DNA from: Gammaproteobacteria bacterium
Lineage (GTDB): Bacteria; Pseudomonadota; Gammaproteobacteria; Ga0077536
Reading direction: 5' to 3'
Length of the DNA stretch: 64,000 bases
Assembly (NCBI GenBank): GCA_963662545.2
Contig: CAXXLL010000002.1
Span: 2,336,001 to 2,400,000, forward strand
The notes beneath the pieces were generated by a model. That model did not search any database, was not told the DNA's origin, and worked only from the letters and a program-made list of their open reading frames with translations. This document shows positions 18,700 through 28,970 of the stretch, piece by piece. Position numbers and translations under genes: made by a program. How positions within the stretch are numbered: position 1 is the stretch's first letter; each line of letters opens with the position of its first letter.

Positions 18700-19632
18700 A
18701 TGGCGCAATCGCGAAAAGTCATTATTACCTGCGCCGTCACCGGCGCCATTCACACCCCGTCCATGTCACCCGCACTGCCCGTGACACCGCTCGAAATAGC
18801 GACAGCCGCCATCGAGGCGGCACAGGCCGGGGCCGCGATCCTGCACTTACACGCGCGCGATCCGGAAGACGGACGGCCGACCCAGGACCCGCAAGTCTTT
18901 CGCGAATTCCTGCCGATGATCCGCGCGCAAACCAACGCCGTCATCAACCTGACGACGGGCGGCAGCCCCTATATGACGATCGAAGAACGCCTGCGCCCGG
19001 CGGCCGAGATCGCGCCCGAGATCGCGTCGCTCAACATGGGCTCGATGAACTTCGGGCTGTTTCCGATGCTGAAGCGGTTCAAGAACTTCAAGCACGACTG
19101 GGAAGTCGAGCACCTCGAAGCGAGCAGAAACCTGGTGTTCAAGAATACCTATCAGGACATCGAGACCATACTCCGCATCGGCACCGAGCGCGGGATTCGC
19201 TTCGAATTCGAATGCTATGACACCGCGCATTTGTACAACCTCGCGTATTACCTCGACGAAGGCACGGTCAAACCGCCTCTTTTCGTACAAACGGTGTTCG
19301 GCATCATGGGCGGGATCGGCGGCCACCCCGAGGACGTCCTACACATGAAACGCACCGCGGACCGGCTCTTGGGCCGCGACTACGTGTGGTCCGTACTCGG
19401 CGCCGGACGCCACCAGCTCCCGGTCGCGAGCCAGGCGGCGGCGATGGGCGGCAACGTCCGGGTCGGCCTCGAGGATTCGCTCTGGGCCGGCCCCGGCCGG
19501 CTCGCCGAGAGCTCGGCCGAACAGGTGCGGCAAGCGGTCAAGGTGCTGCAAGGTCTGTCGCTCGAAGTAGCGACGCCCGACGACGCACGCGAGATACTTG
19601 AACTCAAAGGCGCCGATACGCTGCAATTGTAG
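18700..19632 (+). CDS. Beta-keto acid cleavage enzyme (BKACE/DUF849)
   Basis: IITCAVTG, LHLHARDP, ASLNMGSMN, EFECYD, RVGLEDS. Confidence 0.92.
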   Translation: MAQSRKVIITCAVTGAIHTPSMSPALPVTPLEIATAAIEAAQAGAAILHLHARDPEDGRPTQDPQVFREFLPMIRAQTNAVINLTTGGSPYMTIEERLRPAAEIAPEIASLNMGSMNFGLFPMLKRFKNFKHDWEVEHLEASRNLVFKNTYQDIETILRIGTERGIRFEFECYDTAHLYNLAYYLDEGTVKPPLFVQTVFGIMGGIGGHPEDVLHMKRTADRLLGRDYVWSVLGAGRHQLPVASQAAAMGGNVRVGLEDSLWAGPGRLAESSAEQVRQAVKVLQGLSLEVATPDDAREILELKGADTLQL

Positions 19633-19672
19633 AATTCGCCGGCTCCATTCAGCTAACCCGAGGCATTCAATC

Positions 19673-20230
19673 TTGGAACTCAAAGAAGAAATCCGCATAA
19701 ATGCGCCGCGCGACAGGGTGTTCGCCGCCTTGAACGACGTCGAGATCCTGAAGCAGACGATTCCGGGCTGCGAAGAAATGGAGGCCCAGTCGGACACGGA
19801 ATTCACGGCGACTTTGAGTACCAAGCTCGGCCCGCTCAAGGCACGCTTCAAAGGCCAGGTGAGGCTCACTGAGGTCGTGGCGCCCGAATCTTATACCCTG
19901 ACCGGCGAAGGCAGGGGCGGACCGGCCGGCCACGCCAAGATCGTGTCGCGGGTACGCCTCGTCGAGGACGGCGAAGCCACGATCATGCACTACGAAGTCA
20001 AGGCCGACATCGGCGGCAAACTTGCGCAACTCGGCGGTCAACTGGTGGAAAAGACATCGAAGAAGTTGGCCGCCGAATTCTTTCAGAAATTCGAGGAGAT
20101 CCTGAACCCAGACGGACAGCAGGCACAGACGGCCCTTGCCGATGCCGAAACGGGCGGCGGCGACACGAACTGGCTGTGGATTGTGGGCGGCACGCTGGCC
20201 TTGATCGTGATCGCCTGGCTGGTTTTTTGA
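19673..20230 (+). CDS. coxG: CoxG/SRPBCC family protein with C-terminal membrane anchor
   Basis: VFAALND..LKQTIPGCE, GGKLAQLG; TM tail; TTG start with GAGG upstream. Confidence 0.85.
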   Translation: MELKEEIRINAPRDRVFAALNDVEILKQTIPGCEEMEAQSDTEFTATLSTKLGPLKARFKGQVRLTEVVAPESYTLTGEGRGGPAGHAKIVSRVRLVEDGEATIMHYEVKADIGGKLAQLGGQLVEKTSKKLAAEFFQKFEEILNPDGQQAQTALADAETGGGDTNWLWIVGGTLALIVIAWLVF

Positions 20231-20308
20231 TCCCGTTCGATCAGCGATACCAGGTGCGTGTGGCGTAGATCCGCCCATGCAAGCGAATGCGCACGGAATC
20301 GAATCGCG

Positions 20309-20782
20309 CTAAAGTCCCACCTGTAGTCCACTCCTCAACAATCCCACGCGTTTGCGGTTGGCGCCCAGGTCCGAATAACCTACTCGTGAAGCGGAGCGCA
20401 CGTGCAGACTTTCGCCGTCGGCCCGTAACTCCAAATCGTCGACAAACCTGAAGATCCGACTGACGAAGGTGGCGTGAAGATAGCTTCCGGAGTCGGATTC
20501 TATGCGCCCGCCCATCTGGCGAACGACCTCGACGACGGCGGCCCACTCCATGCTATTCCCACCCGTTTCGAGGCGTATGGATTCGATCGAATGTTTACTG
20601 TCCTCAGCAGCTTCCGGTTCGCTACAGACGCAATTCGGTGAGGCGGGACAAGCGGCCAGCCGCCCTTCGGTGAGACCCGCGGCACGGAATCGAGGCTGGT
20701 GCGACCACCACCCCAGCGCGGCGTACATTAAGACCAGGACGAATACAGCGGTGGCGATGATCGAAAACATACTGGATCTCAT
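20309..20782 (-). CDS. DUF1499 family protein
   Basis: LAACPASPNCVCS, FRFVDDLE, VRSASRVGYSDLGANRKRV. Confidence 0.88.
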   Translation of the reverse strand: MRSSMFSIIATAVFVLVLMYAALGWWSHQPRFRAAGLTEGRLAACPASPNCVCSEPEAAEDSKHSIESIRLETGGNSMEWAAVVEVVRQMGGRIESDSGSYLHATFVSRIFRFVDDLELRADGESLHVRSASRVGYSDLGANRKRVGLLRSGLQVGL

Positions 20783-20804
20783 ACGTTTCCCAAAAAGATA
20801 GTCT

Positions 20805-21299
20805 CTACCAGTTGTCCGTCAGGATCAGCAGGCCCGGGATCCAGCAGGTGAATACCCCGACCCCAATCACAGTGTAAGGCAGGGCCTTGCCGAAGTCCTT
20901 CTGCGGCACGTTCGCAAGATAAAACAGGTACCAGAGAACGCCCCAGATCAGCCAGAAGGTTCCGAATCTCGGATCGTCGTGCTGAAAACGGTCGATCGAA
21001 AACGGAATCGTGGTGAAAGCAACGAAAAAACAGAACCAGCCGAAGCCGTTCATATCGAGATCGAACCAGATACTTACGGCGACGTAGAGGTAGGTGAACG
21101 CGAAGAGAAAAAAGGCCGCCACCACCATGAAATCAGCCGGCTCCACCGCGCGAATGAACTGCAGCAGGCTTGCCACCAGCGCGAGGCCGCCGACCATGAA
21201 GTTCAACACCGCCATTGAGCGCGGCTCGACCCGGCCGAGGCCGCCCATGCCATTGACGAGGAGCACTGCTCCGACGAATAGCAACAGAACGCCAACCAT
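20805..21299 (-). CDS. AmiS/UreI family urea/amide channel
   Basis: MVGVLLLFVGAVLLVNG, FLFAFTYLY, FGWFCFFVA, WLIWGVLW; six TM segments. Confidence 0.85.
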   Translation of the reverse strand: MVGVLLLFVGAVLLVNGMGGLGRVEPRSMAVLNFMVGGLALVASLLQFIRAVEPADFMVVAAFFLFAFTYLYVAVSIWFDLDMNGFGWFCFFVAFTTIPFSIDRFQHDDPRFGTFWLIWGVLWYLFYLANVPQKDFGKALPYTVIGVGVFTCWIPGLLILTDNW

Positions 21300-21474
21300 G
21301 CGCTGCTCCCCCTTAGATTATCCGTAATACACGATCCGGCCAGGTTGGAACCTGCCCATGCCACGCGATTGTTCTTCTTCGGGGCACGCTAGCACGGATT
21401 CCATCGAGCTGCTAACGCAGGCAAGCGCAACGAAGTTCGCCGGCTAATACCCTGACTCCATTCGGCGCCCACAC

Positions 21475-22011
21475 TCAATCGAAATCCTCGACCGTTACCT
21501 GCCACACACCCGATCCCACCGTTAGGCCCAACCATGATGCGCCGTCGTAAGCCCTTGAGCGGCCGCAGGCGCCGGGGTTGACGATCCACGGCATCGCTTC
21601 GCGGTCGATGATCTGCCGGTGGCTGTGGCCATAGACCACACACTGCGCGCTTGCAAAACGTTCACGGATCTTGCGGTGACGTGTCGCGACCCTGGGCCAC
21701 TGGTGGCCGTGAACGACGACGAGCGATCCACCTTTGAGGGTAATTTCGATGACTTCTTCGAGACCGTCCAGGTCGCAACGTTCCGAAGGGAGCCACCGGT
21801 CCGCGGTGTCGTTGTTGCCCAGGACCGCTACCGTCGGCGCGACCTCGCGCAGCCGCCGCAGCACCGAACTGCTGCCGACATCGCCTGCATGCACGATGAC
21901 ATCAGTAGCGCCGATCGCCTGCAGAACGGCGTCCTGGACCAGTCCATGGCTGTCCGAGACTAAAGCAATGCGACGCGCCTTGGGAAAGCTAAGTTGACGT
22001 TTCTTTATCAT
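21475..22011 (-). CDS. YfcE-like metallophosphoesterase
   Basis: SDSHG, HAGD, GNND, HGH, GHSH, NPGA. Confidence 0.88.
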   Translation of the reverse strand: MIKKRQLSFPKARRIALVSDSHGLVQDAVLQAIGATDVIVHAGDVGSSSVLRRLREVAPTVAVLGNNDTADRWLPSERCDLDGLEEVIEITLKGGSLVVVHGHQWPRVATRHRKIRERFASAQCVVYGHSHRQIIDREAMPWIVNPGACGRSRAYDGASWLGLTVGSGVWQVTVEDFD

Positions 22012-22062
22012 CTCAAAAGCGCTTCGCGAACGACGGATGTCGATCCGGCTCTTTTCGCAATG

Positions 22063-23304
22063 CTATGTATCCCCAGCGTGATCGACATCCAGCGATTCGA
22101 CCAATCCGCGTCGAGCGATAAGGATCACGATGGCGGGTAGCGCCACGAGGAAGGTGATGAAGAAAAAGACCGGCCAGCCGATCGACTCGACGAGCATGCC
22201 CGACGGCGGCCCGGCGAAAACTCGCCCCAGGCTGGCGACCGCGGTCAGCATGGCATACTGCGTCGCCGTGTAGCGCCGGTCACACGCCGCCATCAACAGG
22301 GCGACGAAAGCGGCAGTCCCCATACCCCCCGTGAGATTCTCCAGGCCGATCACGGCGACCAGCGCGACATAGGATTTGTCGATTACGGCGAGAACGCAGA
22401 ATCCGAGGTTCGTGACGGCCTGCAACCAGGCAAATATGAGCAGCGATCGATAAAGCCCGAGTCGGTACATCAGCGCGCCCCCGTAGAGGGCGCCGCAAAC
22501 AGTTGCAAAAAAGCCCAAGCCTTTAGAAATCGCTCCGACATCAGTCAATGAGAAACCCAGTTCGCGTAGCAGGAACACCGTCGTCAACCGACCCGCAAAA
22601 GCTTCACCAAGTTTGTAGAGGAAGATCAGCGCTAAGAGCATCACTGCTTCATCGCGTTTGAAAAAATTTCGAAATGGCTCGATCACAGCTTCCTGGAGGG
22701 TACGTGGTACTGCGATATCTTCAGGCACTGGCGGCGCCGCGATATTTGCTACAACTCCTATCAAGAGCAATCCGGACATGATCAAGTAGGTATTGGGAAA
22801 TCCATAGTGATCGGCAAGAATGAACGCACCTGCTCCCGAGGCAAGCATTGCCACTCTGTAGCCGATGACGTGGACGGCCGCGCCGAAGCCACGTTCTTTG
22901 TCCGTCAGAATTTCCGTACGGTAGGCATCGATCGCAATGTCCTGTGACGCTGACATAAAGGCTATCGCTACGGCAACGATACCGAGCCACAAAAGAGGGC
23001 CGGCCGCCATATTGGTGAGTCCCGCATACGCCAATAGCGCAACCAATACGATTTGCGTAACTAAAGTCCAGTCACGTCTGCGACCGGGCCACCCGGGCTG
23101 AAAGCGATCGAGCATCGGGGCCCATAAAAACTTAAGGACGTAGGGGATGCCCACCAGAGAAAAAAAACCGATCGTCGCAATTTCCACGCCCTCTTCGGTC
23201 AACCACGCCTGCAAGGTGCTGTCGCTCAAGGCCAATGGCAGACCCGAAGCAAAGCCGAGTAACGCAATGACGGTGATGCGGCGATTCAGAAGTTGAGTGT
23301 TCAC
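22063..23304 (-). CDS. ampG: AmpG-family muropeptide MFS permease
   Basis: LGFASGLP, KFLWAP, SASQDIAIDAYR, ATQYAML. Confidence 0.9.
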   Translation of the reverse strand: MNTQLLNRRITVIALLGFASGLPLALSDSTLQAWLTEEGVEIATIGFFSLVGIPYVLKFLWAPMLDRFQPGWPGRRRDWTLVTQIVLVALLAYAGLTNMAAGPLLWLGIVAVAIAFMSASQDIAIDAYRTEILTDKERGFGAAVHVIGYRVAMLASGAGAFILADHYGFPNTYLIMSGLLLIGVVANIAAPPVPEDIAVPRTLQEAVIEPFRNFFKRDEAVMLLALIFLYKLGEAFAGRLTTVFLLRELGFSLTDVGAISKGLGFFATVCGALYGGALMYRLGLYRSLLIFAWLQAVTNLGFCVLAVIDKSYVALVAVIGLENLTGGMGTAAFVALLMAACDRRYTATQYAMLTAVASLGRVFAGPPSGMLVESIGWPVFFFITFLVALPAIVILIARRGLVESLDVDHAGDT

Positions 23305-23583
23305 GAACTTGATGTTTACCGGGCAGGAATTCGATCGTTAAGGCGCATGCAGAGACATTGTAACGGTATCCCGATCAGTGACGCGGGCTGTCACAATGCC
23401 ACAGGCCTGCCGCGCCGCCTCATTCGCTTGCTCGATCCGCAACCCATTCGAAGGGAACGGCGCGCGATTGCACATCAAGAGCTCAGCGCTCGAGTTCGAG
23501 CGGCAGAAATACGACTGTGCAAGACGCACCGGTGAAACGCCCGCCAAATCGAAAACCGACACATGAATCCCGGAATTGGCAAG

Positions 23584-23593
23584 TGATATAATG
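23584..23593 (+). promoter_or_regulatory. Candidate extended -10 promoter element of moaA
   Basis: TGaTATAAT about 45 bp upstream of the moaA ATG. Confidence 0.45.
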
Positions 23594-23635
23594 CTTCGCT
23601 CGACATTCTTTTACCCTAGACCGAGTTCATAGCAC

Positions 23636-24646
23636 ATGAACCAAACCCAGGCGTTTCCCACGCAACTCGTCGACCGTTTCGGGCGGGTGGTTGATTACGT
23701 GCGCATTTCGGTCACCGATCGCTGCGATTTCCGCTGTGTGTACTGCATGGACGAAGAAATGCAGTTCCTGCCGCGCGCACGTATTTTGACGCTCGAAGAA
23801 CTGGCATTCGTCGGCCGGGCGTTCGCCGAACTGGGTGTGACGAAAATAAGACTGACGGGCGGCGAACCGCTGGTAAGAAACAATGTCATCAAGCTCATTC
23901 GTGATCTCGGGCGGCTGTCGCAGCTCAAGGAACTAGTGCTGACCACGAACGCATCCCAACTCGAACGCATGGCGGGCGACATCCGCGAGGCGGGGGTGCG
24001 CCGCATCAATATCAGTCTGGATTCGCTCGATCCCGATCGTTTTCGCAAGCTAACACGCATCGGTGAACTCGACCGCGTGCTGGCGGGCGTCGAGGCGGCT
24101 CGCGCCGCCAATTTCGACAAGATTAAGATCAACGCGGTCATCCTCAAAAACCGAAATGACGACGAAGTCATTCCGCTGGTGGAATACGCCAGCAGCAGGA
24201 ATATGGATATTTCCTTTATTGAAGAAATGCCGCTCGGCGTGATCGGCGATCACGACCGCGCTGAAGCCTATTACTCGAGCGATCAGATACGCGAAGATCT
24301 GTCGCGCCGATATACGCTCGTTCCCACGACCGAAACCACGGGCGGTCCGGCAAAGTATTTCCGGATCACGGAAACCGGTACGCGGGTTGGCTTTATCTCA
24401 CCGCACAGTCACAACTTCTGCGACGATTGCAACCGCGTGAGACTGACCGTCGAAGGACGTCTGCTGCTGTGTCTGGGCCAGGAACACTCGGTAGATCTCA
24501 AGCATGTCCTGCGCTCCAATCCGGGCGATCTCGACATCGTCAAGCACGCGATCGTCGACAGTATGGCGATCAAGCCCAAGGGGCATGATTTCAATCTGCA
24601 GGAACAGCCCCTCATTTTCCGGCATATGAGTCACACCGGCGGCTGA
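23636..24646 (+). CDS. moaA: GTP 3',8-cyclase (radical SAM)
   Basis: CDFRCVYC, RLTGGEP, FCDDCNRVR..C, C-terminal MSHTGG. Confidence 0.96.
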   Translation: MNQTQAFPTQLVDRFGRVVDYVRISVTDRCDFRCVYCMDEEMQFLPRARILTLEELAFVGRAFAELGVTKIRLTGGEPLVRNNVIKLIRDLGRLSQLKELVLTTNASQLERMAGDIREAGVRRINISLDSLDPDRFRKLTRIGELDRVLAGVEAARAANFDKIKINAVILKNRNDDEVIPLVEYASSRNMDISFIEEMPLGVIGDHDRAEAYYSSDQIREDLSRRYTLVPTTETTGGPAKYFRITETGTRVGFISPHSHNFCDDCNRVRLTVEGRLLLCLGQEHSVDLKHVLRSNPGDLDIVKHAIVDSMAIKPKGHDFNLQEQPLIFRHMSHTGG

Positions 24647-24670
24647 AAGCGCTACCGGGATTATTTCCGG

Positions 24671-25297
24671 TTGACCATGATGCGTCGCCAGCCCGGAAAT
24701 CTCACGACGCGGGCCATCACGGGATGTATCCTGGCCGGCGGCCGCGGGCGTCGCTTTCAGGGTGCCGACAAGGGGTTCGTCGCGTTAGCGGGTCGCCCCC
24801 TGCTGGTTCACGTGCTGGACCGATTTCGCCCACAGGTGGACGAGGTCATGATCAGCGCGAATCGTCATTTGGAAGACTATCGACGACACTGCGCACGCGT
24901 TTTGGCAGACGCGGCGGACGACTACGCGGGTCCCCTGGCCGGGTTTGCCGCAGCCATGGCGGCGGCGACGACGCCCCATCTCGCGACCACCCCGTGTGAC
25001 ACGCCATTCATTCCGACCGACATGGTCGACCGTTTATGGCAGGCTCTGGTCGAAAAAGATGCCGAGATCAGTGTGGTACGCACCGGCACGCGGCTACAAC
25101 CCGTGTTCGCACTGCTGGGTACCGATCTTAAGGATTCCCTATTGAAATACCTTGCGAGCGGAGGGCACAAGATCGATGCCTGGTACGCAGATCACCGCGT
25201 AGCTGAAGTCGATTTCGGCTCCGATCATGAAGATTTCATGAACATCAACACGCCCGACGATCTCGCAAGGGCCGAGCTTCGCATAAGCAGTTTATGA
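24671..25297 (+). CDS. mobA: Molybdenum cofactor guanylyltransferase
   Basis: ILAGGRGRRF, DKG, GPLAG, PCDTP, NINTPDDL. Confidence 0.93.
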   Translation: MTMMRRQPGNLTTRAITGCILAGGRGRRFQGADKGFVALAGRPLLVHVLDRFRPQVDEVMISANRHLEDYRRHCARVLADAADDYAGPLAGFAAAMAAATTPHLATTPCDTPFIPTDMVDRLWQALVEKDAEISVVRTGTRLQPVFALLGTDLKDSLLKYLASGGHKIDAWYADHRVAEVDFGSDHEDFMNINTPDDLARAELRISSL

Positions 25298-25851
25298 TCA
25301 CCGATTATCAGGGCGTGCCCCTGCTCGGGTTCGTCGCGCCGAGCGGAACGGGAAAGACGGCGCTACTGACCGCGGTCATTCCACTCCTGCGGGAAGCCGG
25401 CTTGCGCGTCGGCTGTATCAAGCACACCCATCATCCTTTTGAAATCGATCAACCCGGCAAGGACAGCCGCCGGCTTCGCGAAGCCGGCGCGGAGCAGATG
25501 CTGATCGGCGGCGCGGGGCGCTGGGCACTGATCGTGGAAACCGACGCGAACGCCGAACAAGGCCTCAGGGAAATGGCGAATCGAATGCTGATCGATCAAC
25601 TCGACATCGTGTTGGTGGAGGGGTTCAAGCTCGCGGTCATTCCGAAAATCGAAGTCCACCGGGCTGAATTCGGCACCGACATCCTCTGCCGGGAGACGGA
25701 CTCCATCATCGCGCTTGCGACCAATCAAAAGCCTCCGCCATCGGTCCCCGTCCCGATTCTCGACTTAGATAATCCGCGCAACATCGCCGATTTCATTCTG
25801 ACCTACGTTCGCAACAGCAGGGACTTGCATACCGCCTCCACAAAAGCATAA
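25294..25851 (+). CDS. mobB: Molybdopterin-guanine dinucleotide biosynthesis protein B
   Basis: SGTGKT, IKHTHH, GKDS, LVEGFK, PKIEV. Confidence 0.92.
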   Translation: MITDYQGVPLLGFVAPSGTGKTALLTAVIPLLREAGLRVGCIKHTHHPFEIDQPGKDSRRLREAGAEQMLIGGAGRWALIVETDANAEQGLREMANRMLIDQLDIVLVEGFKLAVIPKIEVHRAEFGTDILCRETDSIIALATNQKPPPSVPVPILDLDNPRNIADFILTYVRNSRDLHTASTKA

Positions 25852-25860
25852 ATTCCCCCT

Positions 25861-27117
25861 ATGAAAAAACGCGATCCCAGTTGTGCGGATGATTTCGATC
25901 ATGCGTCGCTGACATGTGAAGAAGCCCTGTCAACGATTCTTGACCAGATCGATACGGTGGCCGGCTCCGAGTGGCTCGCCGTTCGTTCCGCACCCGGGCG
26001 GGTCCTGAGTGAAACCATCATCTCTCCGGTCGATGTACCACAGCAGACGAACTCGGCCATGGACGGTTATGCAGTGCGTGCGGACGACCTGTCGGAAACG
26101 GGTGAATCGATTTTCAAGGTGATCGGCAGTTCGTTTGCCGGCAAACCCTTCGGCAAGGGCATCGGCGCCGGCGAAGCCGTTCGCATCATGACCGGCGGCG
26201 CCATGCCCAAAGGGTCCGACACGGTCATCATGCAGGAACACGCCGATGTGGCCGACGATGTCATGACGGCCGATTCCAATCACATGCGGGGCCAGAACGT
26301 GCGGGCGGCGGGCGAGGACCTCGAACGTGGCCAGGTCGTTCTCGAGGCCGGGCACCGCCTGGCGCCGGCGGACCTGGGCTTGATCGCGTCTCTCGGCATC
26401 GGCGAGGTCCCGGTATTCCGCAAGGTTCGGGTCGCTTTTTTCTCGACCGGCGACGAACTGCGATCGATCGGCGAGCCGCTGGGGCCTGGCGAAATCTATG
26501 ACAGCAACCGCTATACGCTGTTTGCGATGCTGCAACGCATTGACGCGGAAATCATTGATATGGGCGTGGTGCGGGATACCCGGGAAGCGGTGGAAGCCGC
26601 GCTCGATCAGGCCGCCAGGGTTGCCGATGCCGTCATTACCTCGGGCGGCGTCTCGGTCGGCGAAGCCGATTACGTCAAGGAAGTCCTGAATGCCATCGGT
26701 GAAGTCAGTTTCTGGAAGGTTGCCATGAAACCGGGCCGTCCACTCGCTTTCGGTACGATCGGGAACGCCCACTTCTTCGGACTGCCGGGCAACCCGGTGT
26801 CGGTGATGGTGACCTTTTATCAGTTCGTGCAGCCGGCGCTGTTCAAGATGGCCGGAAACCGACAGCACACCCCGCTGCTCTGCAGCGCGCGCACGACGGC
26901 CGTGCTGAAGAAGCGGCCCGGCCGCACAGAGTACCAGCGGGGCATCCTGTCGCGGGGTGAAAACGGCGAATTACTCGTCTCGCCGACGGGCGACCAGGGC
27001 TCGGGGATCTTGCGTTCGATGTCCGTCGCCGACTGTTTCATCATCCTGCCGGTGGAAAGCGGCCGCGTCGAGCCAGACACCGTCGTTTCAGTGCAGCCGT
27101 TCCACGGCCTGATGTAG
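25861..27117 (+). CDS. moeA: Molybdopterin molybdotransferase
   Basis: SAMDGYAV, STGDEL, DSNRY, TSGGVSVG, GLPGNP. Confidence 0.95.
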   Translation: MKKRDPSCADDFDHASLTCEEALSTILDQIDTVAGSEWLAVRSAPGRVLSETIISPVDVPQQTNSAMDGYAVRADDLSETGESIFKVIGSSFAGKPFGKGIGAGEAVRIMTGGAMPKGSDTVIMQEHADVADDVMTADSNHMRGQNVRAAGEDLERGQVVLEAGHRLAPADLGLIASLGIGEVPVFRKVRVAFFSTGDELRSIGEPLGPGEIYDSNRYTLFAMLQRIDAEIIDMGVVRDTREAVEAALDQAARVADAVITSGGVSVGEADYVKEVLNAIGEVSFWKVAMKPGRPLAFGTIGNAHFFGLPGNPVSVMVTFYQFVQPALFKMAGNRQHTPLLCSARTTAVLKKRPGRTEYQRGILSRGENGELLVSPTGDQGSGILRSMSVADCFIILPVESGRVEPDTVVSVQPFHGLM

Positions 27118-27174
27118 CCCATTTCTACACGTTAGGACAGGTGACCGCGCAGAGTTATCATCCGAAAACGAGGT

Positions 27175-28101
27175 TCAAATCTCGATTGCCATCCCGTCGT
27201 ACGACACTTCCCAACCCGCGGCTTCGGCCGCGGCCCGCTCCGGGGTGTCCGCGATCAGGATCGGATTCGTCGTGTTGATATGGATGAATACTTTGCGGCC
27301 GACGTCGAGGTCGGAAAAGGCCGCGATCGTGCCTTCCTCACCAGAAACACTCATATGCCCCATGCGTTTGCCGGTCTTCACGCCGACGCCGTCGCGCACC
27401 ATTTCATCGTCTACCCACAGGGTGCCGTCGAAGAATACGAGTTCGGCGCCGCGCAATCGATCGGCCAGCGCGTCGGTCATGCGCGCGCAGGCGGGCATGT
27501 AGAAAAAACAGGTCTTTCCCTCTGCCCGCACTTCGAGCGCGATCGTATCTTCGTCAACCGTTCCGAAGTTCTCTCCCTGGCTTTCGTCCTCGAGCCAGAG
27601 AGCAACCTTTCCGGGGACGGCGAAAGGCACCACGCTGATCCCGAGCGCAGTTCCGTCCGGCCGCATTATCTCGAGTTCCTCGTTCAAGACCATGGATTCC
27701 CGCGTGACAAATTGGGGATTGAGTACATTGAAGATCGAATTCGCTTCGAGTACCGACAGCACGCGGCGTGTTCCGTAGAGTCTAAAGGCTTGGGACTCAC
27801 GCAGATTGAGCAGGCCGGCTACGTGATCGACATCGGCGTTGGTCAGCACGACCGCGTTGATTGGACTGTCTCGCAACGCCTGCCTAGGGTGCAGGATATC
27901 ATTGTCGTTGATCTGCTGGCGCAGATCGGGCGAAGCGTTGAACAGCACCCACCGCTCTCCATCACTGCTGAGCGCGATCGACGATTGCGTTCGTTGCGGC
28001 GCCGCCGGATCCCGCTGCCGCGCGCGGCGGCTGTTGGGGTGGTTGCAGTTCCATTGGGGATAGCCGCCGCCGGCGGCCGATCCCAATACACGTACGTGCA
28101 T
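27175..28101 (-). CDS. pqqB: PQQ biosynthesis protein B
   Basis: VLGSAAGGGYPQWNC, RTQSSIA, NASPDL, NADVDHVAGL, DGTLW, MGH, HINTTNP. Confidence 0.92.
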   Translation of the reverse strand: MHVRVLGSAAGGGYPQWNCNHPNSRRARQRDPAAPQRTQSSIALSSDGERWVLFNASPDLRQQINDNDILHPRQALRDSPINAVVLTNADVDHVAGLLNLRESQAFRLYGTRRVLSVLEANSIFNVLNPQFVTRESMVLNEELEIMRPDGTALGISVVPFAVPGKVALWLEDESQGENFGTVDEDTIALEVRAEGKTCFFYMPACARMTDALADRLRGAELVFFDGTLWVDDEMVRDGVGVKTGKRMGHMSVSGEEGTIAAFSDLDVGRKVFIHINTTNPILIADTPERAAAEAAGWEVSYDGMAIEI

Positions 28102-28191
28102 CGGATTGTCTCCTGATCAAAGGTGACGGGTGTCGAATAGACAAGGGTCAGACATCAAAAATCAAATTCACGTAACTGCTTCAACAACGTT

Positions 28192-28650
28192 TTAGCGGCT
28201 GAACTCTTCCGACCGTCCGGGCGTATTGTTGGCGACCCAGCGGTCGCCCGACGCCGCCTTTTCCTTTTTCCAGAACGGCGCCGAGGATTTGAGGTCTTCC
28301 ATGATGCTGCGAGCGGCTTCGAACGCATGTGCGCGATGGGCCGACCAGGCGGCGACGAGCACGATTGGGTCACCCGGCGCGAGTTCGCCGACCCGGTGAA
28401 CGATCAAAACGTCTTCCAGATTCCAGCGGCTTACCGCTTCTTCGGCAATTTTCTCCAGATGCTTTTCCGTCATTCCGGGATAATGCTCGAGGGACATCGC
28501 ATCGATCTGCTCGCCCTCGTTGAAATCCCGCATCGAGCCGACGAACATCGCCGTCGCGCCGATACGGCGCATGCCCTCCCCGATGCGATCCTGATGCGCG
28601 CGGATTTCGTCGAGTGGATCGAATGGTTCGGAGCTGATCCGTATCGCCAT
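28192..28650 (-). CDS. moaE: Molybdopterin synthase large subunit
   Basis: LEHYPGMT, HRVG, SAHR, LKSSAPFWKKE. Confidence 0.95.
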   Translation of the reverse strand: MAIRISSEPFDPLDEIRAHQDRIGEGMRRIGATAMFVGSMRDFNEGEQIDAMSLEHYPGMTEKHLEKIAEEAVSRWNLEDVLIVHRVGELAPGDPIVLVAAWSAHRAHAFEAARSIMEDLKSSAPFWKKEKAASGDRWVANNTPGRSEEFSR

Positions 28651-28651
28651 T

Positions 28652-28885
28652 TCAGCCGCCGGTAACCGGTGGGAAATAAGCGACTTCGTCGGTGTCCTTC
28701 AATTCCTGCTCCAAGTCGCAATAAGTATGGTTCACGGCGCACAACACGCCGTCGGGCAATGCTTGACCGTCGGTGAGTTCGCGCCATACGCTGCTTACCG
28801 TCATGCCGGACTCGTGCGCACACTCGGCCTCGCGGCGTCCGACGGACTCAGCTAAACTTGCGAAGAACTTGATTTTTATCGACAT
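28652..28885 (-). CDS. moaD: Molybdopterin synthase sulfur carrier
   Basis: KFFASL, AVN, C-terminal FPPVTGG. Confidence 0.93.
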   Translation of the reverse strand: MSIKIKFFASLAESVGRREAECAHESGMTVSSVWRELTDGQALPDGVLCAVNHTYCDLEQELKDTDEVAYFPPVTGG

Positions 28886-28970
28886 CGGCGCTGCGTTCTG
28901 CGGAAATGCGATAAGCTTTTCATACCGATCTATTCTACATCATGGAAATCGACACCTTCAGGAACAAACC

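Noticed and set aside
23305-23635. Moco riboswitch, small ORFs or a MITE upstream of moaA
   Set aside because: No recognisable Moco RNA motif by eye, ORFs are not protein-like, inverted ends are weak; an Infernal scan would settle it
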